This document shows positions 9,455-19,268 of a stretch of DNA of 64,000 bases, one piece after another. The stretch comes from Dehalococcoidia bacterium. GTDB taxonomy: Bacteria > Chloroflexota > Dehalococcoidia > Lucifugimonadales > UBA3495. Below the pieces are notes generated by a model, which worked only from the letters and a program-made list of their open reading frames with translations, was not told the DNA's origin and ran no database searches. The stretch is from NCBI GenBank assembly GCA_965261885.1, contig CBDHDY010000043.1, positions 103,417 to 167,416 on the forward strand. The letters run 5' to 3'. Positions within the stretch are counted from its first letter, which is position 1; every line of letters starts with the position of its first letter. The position numbers were made by a program, and so were the translations under genes.

Positions 9455-10843
9455 TTACCGGCGCGTCACCGACGACTCCGGCTTGAGTGCATCTCTGATT
9501 TCGTCTTCGTCGGGCCACCAGTCCGGCCGCTGAATCTCGGTCACGCGGTCGCGGATTATCTTCTTGGGCGCCTTGATATTGTAGAGATTCCGGGCATTTT
9601 CTCCCAGGAACCTGGCCTGGTCATCAATGGGCAGCTCGCATTCCTCCATGGTCTCGATGGCCCGCCATGCATCATCCCCATCGTGGTGGTATACGTCGGA
9701 TGCCCAAGCGAGTATGTCGCGGTAGAAGTCGGGCAGCCGAGAAGGCGGCGCCTCGTCTCCCTCGAACCCGGTGACGCAGTGCTGGAAGAAGGTCTCGCTG
9801 GGCATCTGCTTCAGCGGGGGCAGAGTGCGGTCGTTGCGGTAGAGCCGGTAGGTCTTGTCGCATTCGTCGAGCAGGAAGCTGAGCCAGGTGGAGGATGCCT
9901 CGAACACCGCGGCCTTGATTTTGGGGTGCCGCTCGAAGAATCCGGACATCAGCACCATGGTGACCCACAGGGATGCCTCAGCCTGGAAGTTCTGCACGTT
10001 GGACAGGAGGTTATGGGGCAGACCGGAGGTGGTGATGGTCTTCCTGATGAGCTCCGCACCCGAATACTGGTCGGCGTAGCCAGCCGGCTTCGCCAGACCC
10101 GTGGCCGGGAAGGGGTGCATACCGTAGACCAGCCCGGTATCTTCCAGCGCGTTCCACACACCCTCGTACTTGGGCTGAATCGGGTAGTTGCCCATGGCGT
10201 CCATGGGCCTTATGAGGGCCACCCGGCATCCCTTGGCGGCCACGCGATAGACCTCTTCGGCGGCGTACTGCGGGCTCTGCATGGGGATGAGGGCGGCGAA
10301 GAACAGCCGGTCGGGGTCTTCCTGCGTGTACTCATAGGCCCAGTCGTTGTAGGCCTTGCACATGGCCCGTGCGCCCAGGGCGTTCTGCAGCCAGGGATAG
10401 GTATCGATGCTGGTGGGTATGATCATCACCTGGTCGATACCCTGAACATCCATGTCCCGCAACCGCGGCCCAGGCTCGTCGGCCCCGGCGTGGGCCAGGT
10501 AGTCCGACTGCTCCTGGGTGAGGGCGGTCTCCCCCTTGAGGTTGCGTACGTTAAGGGCGCGCTGGATGTCGTGTTTCAGGCCGGGGCCGGCCAGCCTCAC
10601 AATGTCGATCATCCCAGGGCCGGTCTTCGGCGTCGGGGAGAAGCTGTTCACGTCGGCTTTGCCGTTGATCAGCAACTGGTTCGTCCCGGCGTCGTACCAC
10701 ATGGTGGACTTCAGGGCTTCCAGTTCGTCCCTGGTGAGGCTGTCTGCAGCCATCTCCCAGACCCTGGCCGGCTCCACGATATGGGCGTCGCAGTCAAACG
10801 TTGGAAAATCCTTGGTCATTGGCCTGAATCTCTGGACTGGCAC
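9455..10843 (-). CDS. amidohydrolase_2 family metal-dependent hydrolase (paralog)
   Basis: 462 aa with FDCDAHIVEPARVWEMAADSL. Same strand as 8149..9429, 25 nt upstream of it. Confidence 0.85.
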   Translation of the reverse strand: MPVQRFRPMTKDFPTFDCDAHIVEPARVWEMAADSLTRDELEALKSTMWYDAGTNQLLINGKADVNSFSPTPKTGPGMIDIVRLAGPGLKHDIQRALNVRNLKGETALTQEQSDYLAHAGADEPGPRLRDMDVQGIDQVMIIPTSIDTYPWLQNALGARAMCKAYNDWAYEYTQEDPDRLFFAALIPMQSPQYAAEEVYRVAAKGCRVALIRPMDAMGNYPIQPKYEGVWNALEDTGLVYGMHPFPATGLAKPAGYADQYSGAELIRKTITTSGLPHNLLSNVQNFQAEASLWVTMVLMSGFFERHPKIKAAVFEASSTWLSFLLDECDKTYRLYRNDRTLPPLKQMPSETFFQHCVTGFEGDEAPPSRLPDFYRDILAWASDVYHHDGDDAWRAIETMEECELPIDDQARFLGENARNLYNIKAPKKIIRDRVTEIQRPDWWPDEDEIRDALKPESSVTRR

Positions 10844-11006
10844 GTAGGCCCCCTTCTTCGCAACGCGATGGGTTGTTTCGGAACGATATTACGCCTAATC
10901 TAGCAACGGGCATTGCCATTGTCAACGGACTGGCAGGTTTCGCGAGCCGGAATCGTAACGCTGCAATCTCAACGTCGACCTCTAAATTCAAGGGAGCGGA
11001 AGAGCG

Positions 11007-11999
11007 ATGGAATATCGGAGATTCGGGCCAACGGAAATGACGGTTTCGGCCATCGGGTTCGGCTGCTGGGAGATGGGAGGCACTTACGGCGACGTCACCG
11101 AGACGGAGGTCGCCGCCGCCGTCAACCGGGCCATAGACCTGGGCATAAACTGCTTCGACACGGCCCCGGCATACGGGGGCGGCGAGTCCGAAATTCTGCT
11201 GGGCCGCGCCCTGGGCGAGAGGCGGAAAGACGTTATTGTCGTCACCAAATGCGGCGTGGGCTACAACGACCGGCCCAAGGGCCGCGACAGCCGCATGGTG
11301 TCCATCCTCGCCTCCGTCGAGCAGAGCCTGCGGAACATGGGGACGGACTACCTGGACGTGCTGCTGATCCACTGGCCGGACGTCAGCACGCCCTTCGACG
11401 AGTCCATGCACGCGCTGGACAGCCTGGTGCGGCAGGGCAAAGTTCGCGCCGTCGGGGTCTCCAATTTCACCCTCGACCAGATCAAGGAATGCGAGGCAGT
11501 CCGAAGCGTGGACATAGTGCAGTACGGCCTCAATATGTTCGACCGCCGCATGGAGCAGGACATTTTTCCTCACTGCCTGCAACAGGGCACCGGCGTGATG
11601 ACCTACGGCCCCCTGGCCTTCGGCCTGCTTTCCGGCGCGTTCACGGCGGACACCACCTTCGGGAGCAACGACTGGCGCTCCACGGGCGGACGGCCCGGAT
11701 GGAACGTGGGGGTGTTCGCCGAAGAGCACTTCCAGAGAAACCTGCAGGTTGTGGAGGAACTGAAATCCATCGCCGGGATTCGCGGCAAGAACATGCCGCA
11801 CCTAGCCCTGCGATGGGTGCTGTCCAACCCCGCCGTAAGCGTTGCGCTGGTCGGCACCCGCACCGTTCAGGAGGTGGAAGATAACGTTGCCGGGCTGGAG
11901 TGGGCCCTGTCGGGAGTAGATATGGCTCAGATAGACGAGGTGTTTTCCCGCTACGGCGTGGATACCCACCCGGATATAGTCATAGACTCGCCGGAATAG
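11007..11999 (+). CDS. aldo/keto reductase
   Basis: 330 aa starting MEYRRFGPTEMTVSAIGFGCWEMGG...INCFDTAPAYGGGESEILLGRAL. Confidence 0.9.
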   Translation: MEYRRFGPTEMTVSAIGFGCWEMGGTYGDVTETEVAAAVNRAIDLGINCFDTAPAYGGGESEILLGRALGERRKDVIVVTKCGVGYNDRPKGRDSRMVSILASVEQSLRNMGTDYLDVLLIHWPDVSTPFDESMHALDSLVRQGKVRAVGVSNFTLDQIKECEAVRSVDIVQYGLNMFDRRMEQDIFPHCLQQGTGVMTYGPLAFGLLSGAFTADTTFGSNDWRSTGGRPGWNVGVFAEEHFQRNLQVVEELKSIAGIRGKNMPHLALRWVLSNPAVSVALVGTRTVQEVEDNVAGLEWALSGVDMAQIDEVFSRYGVDTHPDIVIDSPE

Positions 12000-12682
12000 G
12001 CAAAATCCATCGCGCCGCTCACGTCAGCGAAGCCCTGCGGCGGCACGCTTGCGTAAGCGCCGGAACATGCCCAGTCCTGCACTGATGTGCGTCTGTGTAC
12101 TATGTAAGTCTGTGTAAATGGAAATTGGGCAACTCAACATTCCCCGAAGTATTCCGATGAAATTTATCGGCAAGGTGACACGGGCCTGGATGCAGGCGAA
12201 TCAGTAGAAGTAATCGGTGAAGACGAGGGACGGAACTTTACCGCTGTCAGCAAACGGGACAGAGGCGGACGCTGCCCCCTTGCGGCGCTCGGGTCTGAGG
12301 GCTGTTCGCATCAGTAGTTACGCTGAACCAAACAGCGAATTGGCCCCGATATATATATGTAGAAAGTGCCCCTGTATTATTGGGTTTTCAAGTTACAGAT
12401 ACGATACGAGCCGTGCTTTGGGAGATTTTACACCGTTTTTGCGTGGTTTTTCAGCGGGAACGCCAGCAGGTCGGCGGTTTAGTTTCGCCTCCGTTGGCTG
12501 TCTTGGCTGGTGATACACGTCGCTGCCGCAGGTCCTGAAAGAGCCGCTGGGGTCCGTACCGTAGTTGCCACACTTCCAGCTCACCATAATGTTCCTCAGG
12601 AGTCGGCGTTGCCGCCAAGGTGCCCACCAACGAGGCCCGGATTTTGGTTTGGTTGCCCGCTCCGAGTACCGTTCAGGGCGTG

Positions 12683-12814
12683 CTGGTAGTCCGAAATCAT
12701 TGCAATGATGGGTTGATTGGTACGGGGCCGTTGCACGGACAAACCTGTTTCACGGAAACGATGGCCGAGCAATCCGGCGTTTCGCCCGTCATTTCAAGGT
12801 TCTTGGTCTACTAG
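12683..12814 (+). mobile_element. MITE-B copy 1 (132 bp including flanking CTGG/CTAG)
   Basis: Non-coding. Termini are CTGGTAGTCC...GGTCTACTAG (about 10-bp TIR). Contains the 14-bp palindrome ATCATTGCAATGAT. Most positions match the reverse complement of 13065-13196. Confidence 0.65.
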
Positions 12815-13064
12815 TTTGTCGAGACTTTGGCCCCGGGTCATCATCAGCTCCAGGCGATCCAATAGTCCCCGGACGCCCCTCAGTTGTTCTCTGACGTTCT
12901 TCAGGTCAAGGTCGTCATGACGCTCTGCAGCTTCCCGCAGGTTGTGAGCCTGCCCTGTGGGCACGACAATGCGATCGTACCCTGTCTGAGCGGCTGCGTT
13001 GCGGACCACCTCGGGGAACTTGCTACGCGTGTCGTATGGCCAGTCCCAGAAAAGGGCAACAGCC

Positions 13065-13196
13065 CTAGTAGACCAACATCCTTGAAATGACGAGTGAAAC
13101 GCCGGATTGTCTGGCCATAGATTCTGTGAGCCAGGTTTGTCAGGGCAACGGCCGCGTACCAATCTACCCATCATTACAATGATTTCGGACTACTAG
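13065..13196 (-). mobile_element. MITE-B copy 2 (inverted relative to copy 1)
   Basis: Termini CTAGTAGACC...GGACTACTAG with CTAG on both sides. Aligns end to end with copy 1 in reverse complement. Confidence 0.65.
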
Positions 13197-13245
13197 CCAT
13201 GTGGTCCGCAGCCGTCACTCGTTTGTCAAGGGTCTTCAGGGTCTC

Positions 13246-13560
13246 TTAATTGTTGCGGGGTAGTCCGATGAGGGATAAGGCCTCCCAAGGTTTCCAGCCG
13301 TAGTGTCGAAGGGCCGCCGATATGTTTTTCACCCCACTCAGCCGCAGCATACCTATCACCAGGTTCCGCAGGGCCGGCAGCAGTTGCGGCGCCGACCCAG
13401 TCCTCACCTGGCTCTGGTCCTGGCCAAAGACCACGTCCCGCATCCAGTGCAGCCGGTTTTCTATGCCCCAGTGCCCACGCCATATCTCCAGCAGCCGGGA
13501 AAGCGCCGCCTCGCAAGCTACACAGAATTCGGAAGACGCATAACGCACCTGCAAGGCTGT
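13246..13560 (-). pseudogene. ISAs1-family transposase, C-terminal fragment
   Basis: Reads ..LLEIWRGHWGIENRLHWMRDVVFGQDQSQVRTGSAPQLLPALRNLVIGMLR.. (HWxIENxLHWxxDVxF signature). There is no upstream catalytic region. Confidence 0.7.
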
Positions 13561-13599
13561 CCCTACCCTCTCCTTTGACGTCCCCACTCCAACCATTTA

Positions 13600-13805
13600 C
13601 TGCCCTCAGTCATCACGTCAGCGGTACACGGTCACGCCGCCCCAGTGGCCCAACATCTCGGCGCCATTGGCACCCCCAGTTAGCGCAGTCTCTGGGGTTC
13701 AGCCGGGAGCGTACCCCGTGCGTGGCCACCTTGAATCACGTGTTTCGCCGCATAGAAGTTGACGCATTCGAGACAGCCCTGGGCCGCTGGGCCAAGAATG
13801 CCTGG
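13600..13805 (+). pseudogene. ISAs1-family transposase, N-terminal-region fragment (opposite orientation)
   Basis: Reads ..LAQSLGFSRERTPCVATLNHVFRRIEVDAFETALGRWAKNAW, resembling the ISAs1 N-terminal associated domain. Truncated and frame-broken. Confidence 0.55.
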
Positions 13806-13934
13806 GGGAGGGGGCAGGGTCTCTTATTCTGTAAACTCAAGAGGTCGGAGAAGCTGAAGTGCCGCTGTCGCGCGATGGTGCCATTCGTTCGGGGACGCCC
13901 CCACCCTAACCCACCCCTGGTAGGTAGGGGGAAC
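13803..13934 (+). repeat. structured intergenic repeat, copy b
   Basis: G-tract GGGGGAGGGGGCAGGG, inner hairpin CTCTT..AAGAG, C-tract CGCCCCCACCC, terminal hairpin CCCCTggtaggtAGGGGGAAC. Confidence 0.6.
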
Positions 13935-14037
13935 AACCAAAAGAACACCAGGCGTCAGGGTGTCCAATTGACTGCCAACGGTGGAACAGTTGACAGTCTC
14001 TACTGAACAGCGAGATAAGGCCTGGGCTGGCTCAAGA

Positions 14038-16467
14038 CTATTCCGTCAGCCCCAGGCTGGCCAGCATGAAGGCATATTCCTCTGCGATTTCGTACCACCG
14101 GGCGGTCCGTCCCGACCTTCCACCGTGTCCGGAACCCATGTCGGTTTTCAGCAGCACCAGGTTGTCGTCGGTCTTGACTGCCCGCAGCTTGGCCACGTAC
14201 TTGGCAGGTTCCCAGTACGTAACCCGCGGGTCGTTAAGGCCCGCCGTAACCATGACCGGCGGATAGTCCCCAGGCATGAGTTGGTCGTAGGGGGAGTAGG
14301 AACGAATGTATTCGAAGGCGTCCTTGTCCTCGATGGGGTTGCCCCACTCGGGCCACTCAGGCGGAGTCAAAGGCAGGTCGGCATTGAGCATGGTGTTGAG
14401 CACATCCACGAAGGGGACCTGGGTGACCATCGCGCCCCAGAGTTCCGGCGCCTGGTTCACCGCAGCACCCATCAGGGTCCCTCCGGCGCTGGCCCCGGAA
14501 ATGGCGATGCGCCCCTCAGAACCGTAGCCCTGGTCTATCAGGTGGCGGGCCACGTCTACGAAGTCGTTGAAGGTATTGGTCCGCTCGAACAGTTTGCCGG
14601 ACTCGTACCAGTGGAAACCCAGGTCGTCGCCTCCCCGTACATGGGCGATGGCGAAGATGAACCCCCGGTCTAGCAGGGACAGACGGGCGGAGGAAAAGTA
14701 AGGGGAAACAGCGCTGCCGTAGGCCCCGTAAGCATAGATATACAGGGGCGCCGAACCGTCCAGCGGCGTGTCCTTGTGGCGCACGATGGACACCGGTACC
14801 TGCACACCGTCCCTCGCCGGAGCCAGTTCCCGGTTCGTCACAAACTGAGAGGCGTCATAGCCGCTGGGAATTTCCTGCACCTTCCGTTGTTCCAGTTCTG
14901 TCGTTTCGATGTGGTAGTCAAAATCCGTCCACGGTGTGGTCATTGAGGTATAGGAAAGCCGGAGCGTGTTGACGTCGAATTCGGGATCGAACTGAATGTA
15001 GGCGGTGTAGGCCTCCTCGGGAAACTCGATGTGCGTCGATTCCCCCGCACGGTCGATGATGCGGACCTGGTCCAGGCCGTCGATCCGTTCCTCGATGGCG
15101 ACGTAATCTTCGGTTACGTGAAAATACTGTATGTACAGGGACTCGGAACCCTGCAGGAGGGTTTCCCATGACTCCTCGGTGGGGTCGTCCTCGGGCGCGA
15201 CTGCGATGCGGTAATTCTGGTGATTGTCGTTGGTTATGATCACGAAGCGGTCGCCCTGGTGGTCAATCGAGTAGTCGTGGCCCGGCCTCCTTGGGGCCAC
15301 CAGCACCGGTTCGGCTGCCGGGTCTTCCGCGGCGATCAGCCGGTACTCTGAGGTGACATGGTCGCCAGCGCCGATGATGACGTATTCATCGGAGTTGGTG
15401 CCGGTTACCCAGACGAAGAATCCTGGGTCGGTCTCCTCGTAAACCACCGTGTCGTCCTCGACCGGGTCACCGAGGACGTGCCGCCGAACCTGAAACGGAT
15501 GCCCGGTTTCGTCCAGGAAGGTGTAGAAGAATGAAGAGTCGTCGCTGGACCAGATGGCCTCTCCTCTCGTTTCCTCGATCTCCTCCTGCATCAATTCACC
15601 AGTCTCAAGATCCTTGACCACCAGGATGTACCGTTCCGACCCGTTGGTGTCGGTGCTGTAGGCCACCTTGGAGCCGTCGTTGCTCACCGAAAGAGATCCC
15701 AGGCGGAAAAATTCCAAGCCCTCCGCCAGCGCGGGCTCGTCCAGGAACACTTGGACGTTGTCGGTGGGGCCCTCCCGCGCGTCCTCGTCGGATTTGGGCC
15801 AGCGCAGCCACTCGCGGTACTCGCTTCCTTCGCCGTACCTCCACTGGTAATACCAGTCCCCGCTCTTCCTGGGCAGGCTGGTCAGTTCCGCGGGTTGGCG
15901 TCCCTCGATTTCCTCGTAGATGGTGTCAATCAGGCCCTGGTGGGATGCCATGCTGGCATCGAAATACACGTTTTCCGCCACCAGGTAAGCCAGCACATCC
16001 TCGTCATCGACCGTCGGGTAGTCCTCATCCTCCAGCCAGTGCCAGGGATCCTCAACCGTAATGCCGTGATGGGTGTAGCTGTAAGGACGTTCCCGGGCGA
16101 TTGGCGGGATGAGTTCGGGGACCTGCGTTGCAACAGGTGTTGGGTCCGGATCTGGAGTAGACTCGGGCGTGGCTTCTGGAGTCGGCTCAGGTGTGGGAGC
16201 CGGAGTAGGCTCCGGCGTCGCTTCAGGAGTGGGAGCCAAAGTAGGCTCCGGCGTCGGCTCAGAGGTGGCCACGGGCGTTTGCTTGGCGGTAGGTTGGGGA
16301 GTTGACGTGGCAGCAGGCTCCGGTGTCGGCGCCAGTGTAGCGGTGGGTTGGGGAGCTATGGTGAGGGCCGAAGAGGGTTGCGTTGGCTCGCTTGCGCACC
16401 CGGCAAAAATGAACGCAGCAAGAGCGAGGGCGGTAAGCACAATCAGTGCGTAGTGGGGACGTGACAA
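14038..16467 (-). CDS. S9A prolyl-oligopeptidase family, oligopeptidase B-like, lipoprotein with Pro/Thr/Glu-rich linker
   Basis: Catalytic GASAGG and N-terminal propeller (..YSYTHHGITVEDPWHWLED..). I prefer the TTG start at 16467 (GGGAGA SD 8 nt upstream), giving LSRPHYALIVLTALALAAFIFAGC (lipobox). The track ATG at 16647 lies inside repeat copy c. Confidence 0.85.
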   Translation of the reverse strand: MSRPHYALIVLTALALAAFIFAGCASEPTQPSSALTIAPQPTATLAPTPEPAATSTPQPTAKQTPVATSEPTPEPTLAPTPEATPEPTPAPTPEPTPEATPESTPDPDPTPVATQVPELIPPIARERPYSYTHHGITVEDPWHWLEDEDYPTVDDEDVLAYLVAENVYFDASMASHQGLIDTIYEEIEGRQPAELTSLPRKSGDWYYQWRYGEGSEYREWLRWPKSDEDAREGPTDNVQVFLDEPALAEGLEFFRLGSLSVSNDGSKVAYSTDTNGSERYILVVKDLETGELMQEEIEETRGEAIWSSDDSSFFYTFLDETGHPFQVRRHVLGDPVEDDTVVYEETDPGFFVWVTGTNSDEYVIIGAGDHVTSEYRLIAAEDPAAEPVLVAPRRPGHDYSIDHQGDRFVIITNDNHQNYRIAVAPEDDPTEESWETLLQGSESLYIQYFHVTEDYVAIEERIDGLDQVRIIDRAGESTHIEFPEEAYTAYIQFDPEFDVNTLRLSYTSMTTPWTDFDYHIETTELEQRKVQEIPSGYDASQFVTNRELAPARDGVQVPVSIVRHKDTPLDGSAPLYIYAYGAYGSAVSPYFSSARLSLLDRGFIFAIAHVRGGDDLGFHWYESGKLFERTNTFNDFVDVARHLIDQGYGSEGRIAISGASAGGTLMGAAVNQAPELWGAMVTQVPFVDVLNTMLNADLPLTPPEWPEWGNPIEDKDAFEYIRSYSPYDQLMPGDYPPVMVTAGLNDPRVTYWEPAKYVAKLRAVKTDDNLVLLKTDMGSGHGGRSGRTARWYEIAEEYAFMLASLGLTE

Positions 16468-16564
16468 ACTGGAACTCTCCCGGTTTTTGGTGTAGGTCGA
16501 GTATTTTATAACGAAACGTTCCAACTGGTCGAATGCAAAGCAGATGTCTCCAGGTATTTTGATA

Positions 16565-16674
16565 CTCCCTCTCTCTCCGGGGAATGGTAGGGTGGGGGTG
16601 AAATCGCGGGATGACACAATGTTGCCGCGACAATGGTGGCGCCCCACCCAGACTCTCTTCCTGAGAGAGGGAAC
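16565..16674 (+). repeat. structured intergenic repeat, copy c
   Basis: CTCCCTCTCTCTCCGGGGAAtGGTAGGGTGGGGGTGAAATCGCGGgatgacacaatgttgCCGCGacaatggtggcgCCCCACCCagaCTCTCttcctgaGAGAGGGAAC. Confidence 0.75.
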
Positions 16675-16828
16675 TATTCACAGACCCAGAGGCTTCTGGA
16701 AGGTTGGCAGTCGCCTCCAACAATCAATTACAGTGGTATCCACGGACTCGACCGTTTGTGAGATTCCGGCAGCCGGTTTGCGGTGAGCTGGCCAAATTAT
16801 CGAGCTTGGGTAGCAGGCGGAGGAAAAG

Positions 16829-17659
16829 ATGATAGTAGTAACCGGAGCGGCGGGAAGGCTGGGACGCAGGGTGGTGCAGTTGCTGATGGACCAGGGCAGG
16901 GACGTCCTGGCGACGGACCAGGTGGATGCCGATGACCTTCCGACGGAGTTCGTGCGATGTGATCTCGCGGACGCCAAGGCAGTTGAGGGCATTCTCAAGG
17001 GTGCCGAGTCCGTCGTTCACATGGGAGCCATCCCTGGACCGTCGCGAGCAGAACCGCGGTTCATTTTCGAGAACAACGTGGCCTGCGACTTCAACGTCAT
17101 GATGTCGGCGGCGGAGTTGGGACTGCGGCGCGTTGTGTTTTCGTCCAGCGCCTTCGGCATGGGGTGGGCCCACGACGGGAACGCCTTCGTGCCGCGGTAC
17201 CTGCCTTTGGACGAGGAACATCCCATGATGCCCTTCGAGCCGTATGGACTGACCAAACAGGTAGGCGAGGACATCGGCCGGATGATCGCCCGCAGTTCAG
17301 CCACCACGGTCGTCAGCCTGCGGTTCACCAATGTGGCGCTTCCCGAGGTCCAGACGGAGTTCCCTTTGCCTGCGCCCACACCGGAGAATCCCCTGACACT
17401 GGTGATGTGGGCCTACGCCGACGCCCGGGACGTGGCCGAGGCCCACGTGCTGGCTCTGGATGCCGAGATAGACGAGTATGAGGCCTTCATGATTGCCCAG
17501 CCTTCCAGCCGCTTCCAAGAGCCGACGATTGACCTTGTCAAGAACAACTTTGGCGACCAGGTGGAGATACGGGAGGGGCTGAGCGGCACCGCCAGCGTAA
17601 TCAGCACGGCAAAGGCGCAACGGTTGCTGGGCTGGACACCCCGCCACGACTGGAGGTAA
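16829..17659 (+). CDS. NAD-dependent epimerase/dehydratase (extended SDR)
   Basis: 276 aa starting MIVVTGAAGRLGRRVV (GxxGxxG). SD GGAGGAAAAG. Confidence 0.85.
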   Translation: MIVVTGAAGRLGRRVVQLLMDQGRDVLATDQVDADDLPTEFVRCDLADAKAVEGILKGAESVVHMGAIPGPSRAEPRFIFENNVACDFNVMMSAAELGLRRVVFSSSAFGMGWAHDGNAFVPRYLPLDEEHPMMPFEPYGLTKQVGEDIGRMIARSSATTVVSLRFTNVALPEVQTEFPLPAPTPENPLTLVMWAYADARDVAEAHVLALDAEIDEYEAFMIAQPSSRFQEPTIDLVKNNFGDQVEIREGLSGTASVISTAKAQRLLGWTPRHDWR

Positions 17660-17709
17660 CAGGCACACGCAAGGCAGCGCGGCGTGCCAGCGCCCGGCCC
17701 TGCGACACC

Positions 17710-19110
17710 CTAAATCCGGGGCCTGATGTTCTGGTTGTGGCTGAACAGGTTCGTCCGGTCGTACTTCTGCTTCAGTACCGCCAACCTCTGGAAGTTGTCT
17801 CCGAAGGCCGCCTGAATCGCCTCCGCTCCTTCATCCTCCTCGGTGCCGACCTGGTTGATGTATGCCCCCGACGAGAATGGGGATATTGCCGCAGCCAGAT
17901 CCCGCACCCATCGGATGTGGACCTCAGACTCCCCCGGGTCCAGGAACACCGCGTTGGTGGCCCACTCGCAGAGGGCGCCCCGCTGCCCAAACGCAGTCTC
18001 GCCGACGGGAATGCGTCGGGCGGCGTTGCCGAGATACTGGAAGAGGATGCTCGAGAGCGGCGAGGTTATCCGGTCGAAATAGTCCACCACGATGTCCACA
18101 ATGTCGTCGCTGACCTGGCTGATGAAGTGGGACTTCAGGTAGTTCTGCCGTCCCTGGGGCGCCACTGCCAGTTTCTGGGCATCGGTGTAGGACATGGGCC
18201 GCACATCGTCGACTATTGGCGGGCCGAACTCCCGCAGCGGACGGATGACCCTCTCCCCCTCCTCGATGGGACCGTGATAGCACATCAGAATGCTGCACGC
18301 CCTCCCGCCCCCATCCGGGAGCGTGTGCAGGAAAGTGATGAAGTTCAATTCATCGGGCATATCGGCGGTCAACTCGTTGACCAGGGCGAAGAAATCACGC
18401 ACCTTGTCGTATGGGTAGATCAGCCAGCCAGCCAGCACATCAGGGCCTACAGGGTGCAGCTGGTACTCGAGCGAGGTGACTATCCCGAAGTTGCCGCCAC
18501 CGCCCCGGAGGCCCCAGAACAAGTCGGCATTTTCGACGGCGCTGGCGGTGAGCGCCCGGCCTTCGGCGGTGACCACGTCGGCGGAAATCAGGTTGTCGCA
18601 ACTCAGTCCGTAGCTGCCGGACAGCCATCCGATGCCGCCGCCCAGGGTGAGGCCAGCGATGCCTGTGTCAACGTCGGTCCCTCCGGGCGCGGCGAGGCCG
18701 AAGGCCTGGGTCTCGTGATCGAACGCTCCCCATTTCGTGCCGCCCTGGGCTCGGACTGTCATGGCCGCCGGGTCGACGCGGACGCCGGTCATCCGCGAAA
18801 GGTCGATCATCAGCCCATCGTTGCAGACGCTGTTGCCCGGAAAGTTATGGCCACCGCCGCGCACTGAAATCAGCAGGCTGTTCTCCCTGGCGAAGTTGAC
18901 CGAGTTGATCACGTCGGCCGTGCCGCTGCAGCGGGCGATCAGGGCGGGCCGCTTGTCGACCATGGCGTTCCAGATCCGCCGGGCGCCGTCGTACCCATCG
19001 TCGCCGGGAAGCAGTGACTCCCCGTGCAGGCTTCCCCTGAAGTCCTCGACTGCCGCCTCGCTGATGACGGTGTAGCCGCCGGAAAGGGTCGCAATACTCA
19101 GGTCTGACAT
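17710..19110 (-). CDS. FAD-linked oxidase (FAD_binding_4 plus BBE-like C-terminus)
   Basis: 466 aa with ..ISVRGGGHNFPGNS... SD AGGAGG. Confidence 0.85.
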   Translation of the reverse strand: MSDLSIATLSGGYTVISEAAVEDFRGSLHGESLLPGDDGYDGARRIWNAMVDKRPALIARCSGTADVINSVNFARENSLLISVRGGGHNFPGNSVCNDGLMIDLSRMTGVRVDPAAMTVRAQGGTKWGAFDHETQAFGLAAPGGTDVDTGIAGLTLGGGIGWLSGSYGLSCDNLISADVVTAEGRALTASAVENADLFWGLRGGGGNFGIVTSLEYQLHPVGPDVLAGWLIYPYDKVRDFFALVNELTADMPDELNFITFLHTLPDGGGRACSILMCYHGPIEEGERVIRPLREFGPPIVDDVRPMSYTDAQKLAVAPQGRQNYLKSHFISQVSDDIVDIVVDYFDRITSPLSSILFQYLGNAARRIPVGETAFGQRGALCEWATNAVFLDPGESEVHIRWVRDLAAAISPFSSGAYINQVGTEEDEGAEAIQAAFGDNFQRLAVLKQKYDRTNLFSHNQNIRPRI

Positions 19111-19268
19111 ACTACTGTCCTCCTGCCTGCTTTTCGACGTTGTCTGATCGATGCCGATTATATGGCCGAAGCAACACTGCCGCCACCTCCGGCGACGCCC
19201 AACATACCGCGTGATATATTGCCCTGTGCCGCCGCGCCCACCGGCGCAGCTTCAAGGAGGTCACGAAT

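Larger units (their letters stand above)
12393..13200 (-). pseudogene. hypothetical gene apparently split by two MITE-B insertions (reconstruction)
   Basis: Removing 12683-12814 and 13065-13196 while keeping one CTAG each joins ATG 13200-13198, the 250-bp centre and track ORF 12393..12587. The result is one 552-nt stop-free frame (183 aa, MARAVALFWDWPYDTRSKFPEVVRNAAAQTGYDRIVVPTG...). No family recognised. Confidence 0.3.

Noticed and set aside
9086-10903. 605-aa + strand ORF
   Set aside because: It is antisense to two amidohydrolase_2 genes with clear signatures. No motifs, and shadow-ORF composition.
12794-13174. 126-aa minus-strand ORF as a real gene
   Set aside because: Its first about 36 codons are encoded by a MITE-B arm. 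The equivalent frame in the other arm has a stop at codon 4 and many non-synonymous differences.
16100-16340. Periodic short repeats that could suggest a CRISPR-like array (also 26100-26290)
   Set aside because: The units are 9-36 bp with no unique spacers. They are in-frame coding repeats (the Pro/Thr linker and collagen G-X-Y). No cas genes are present.
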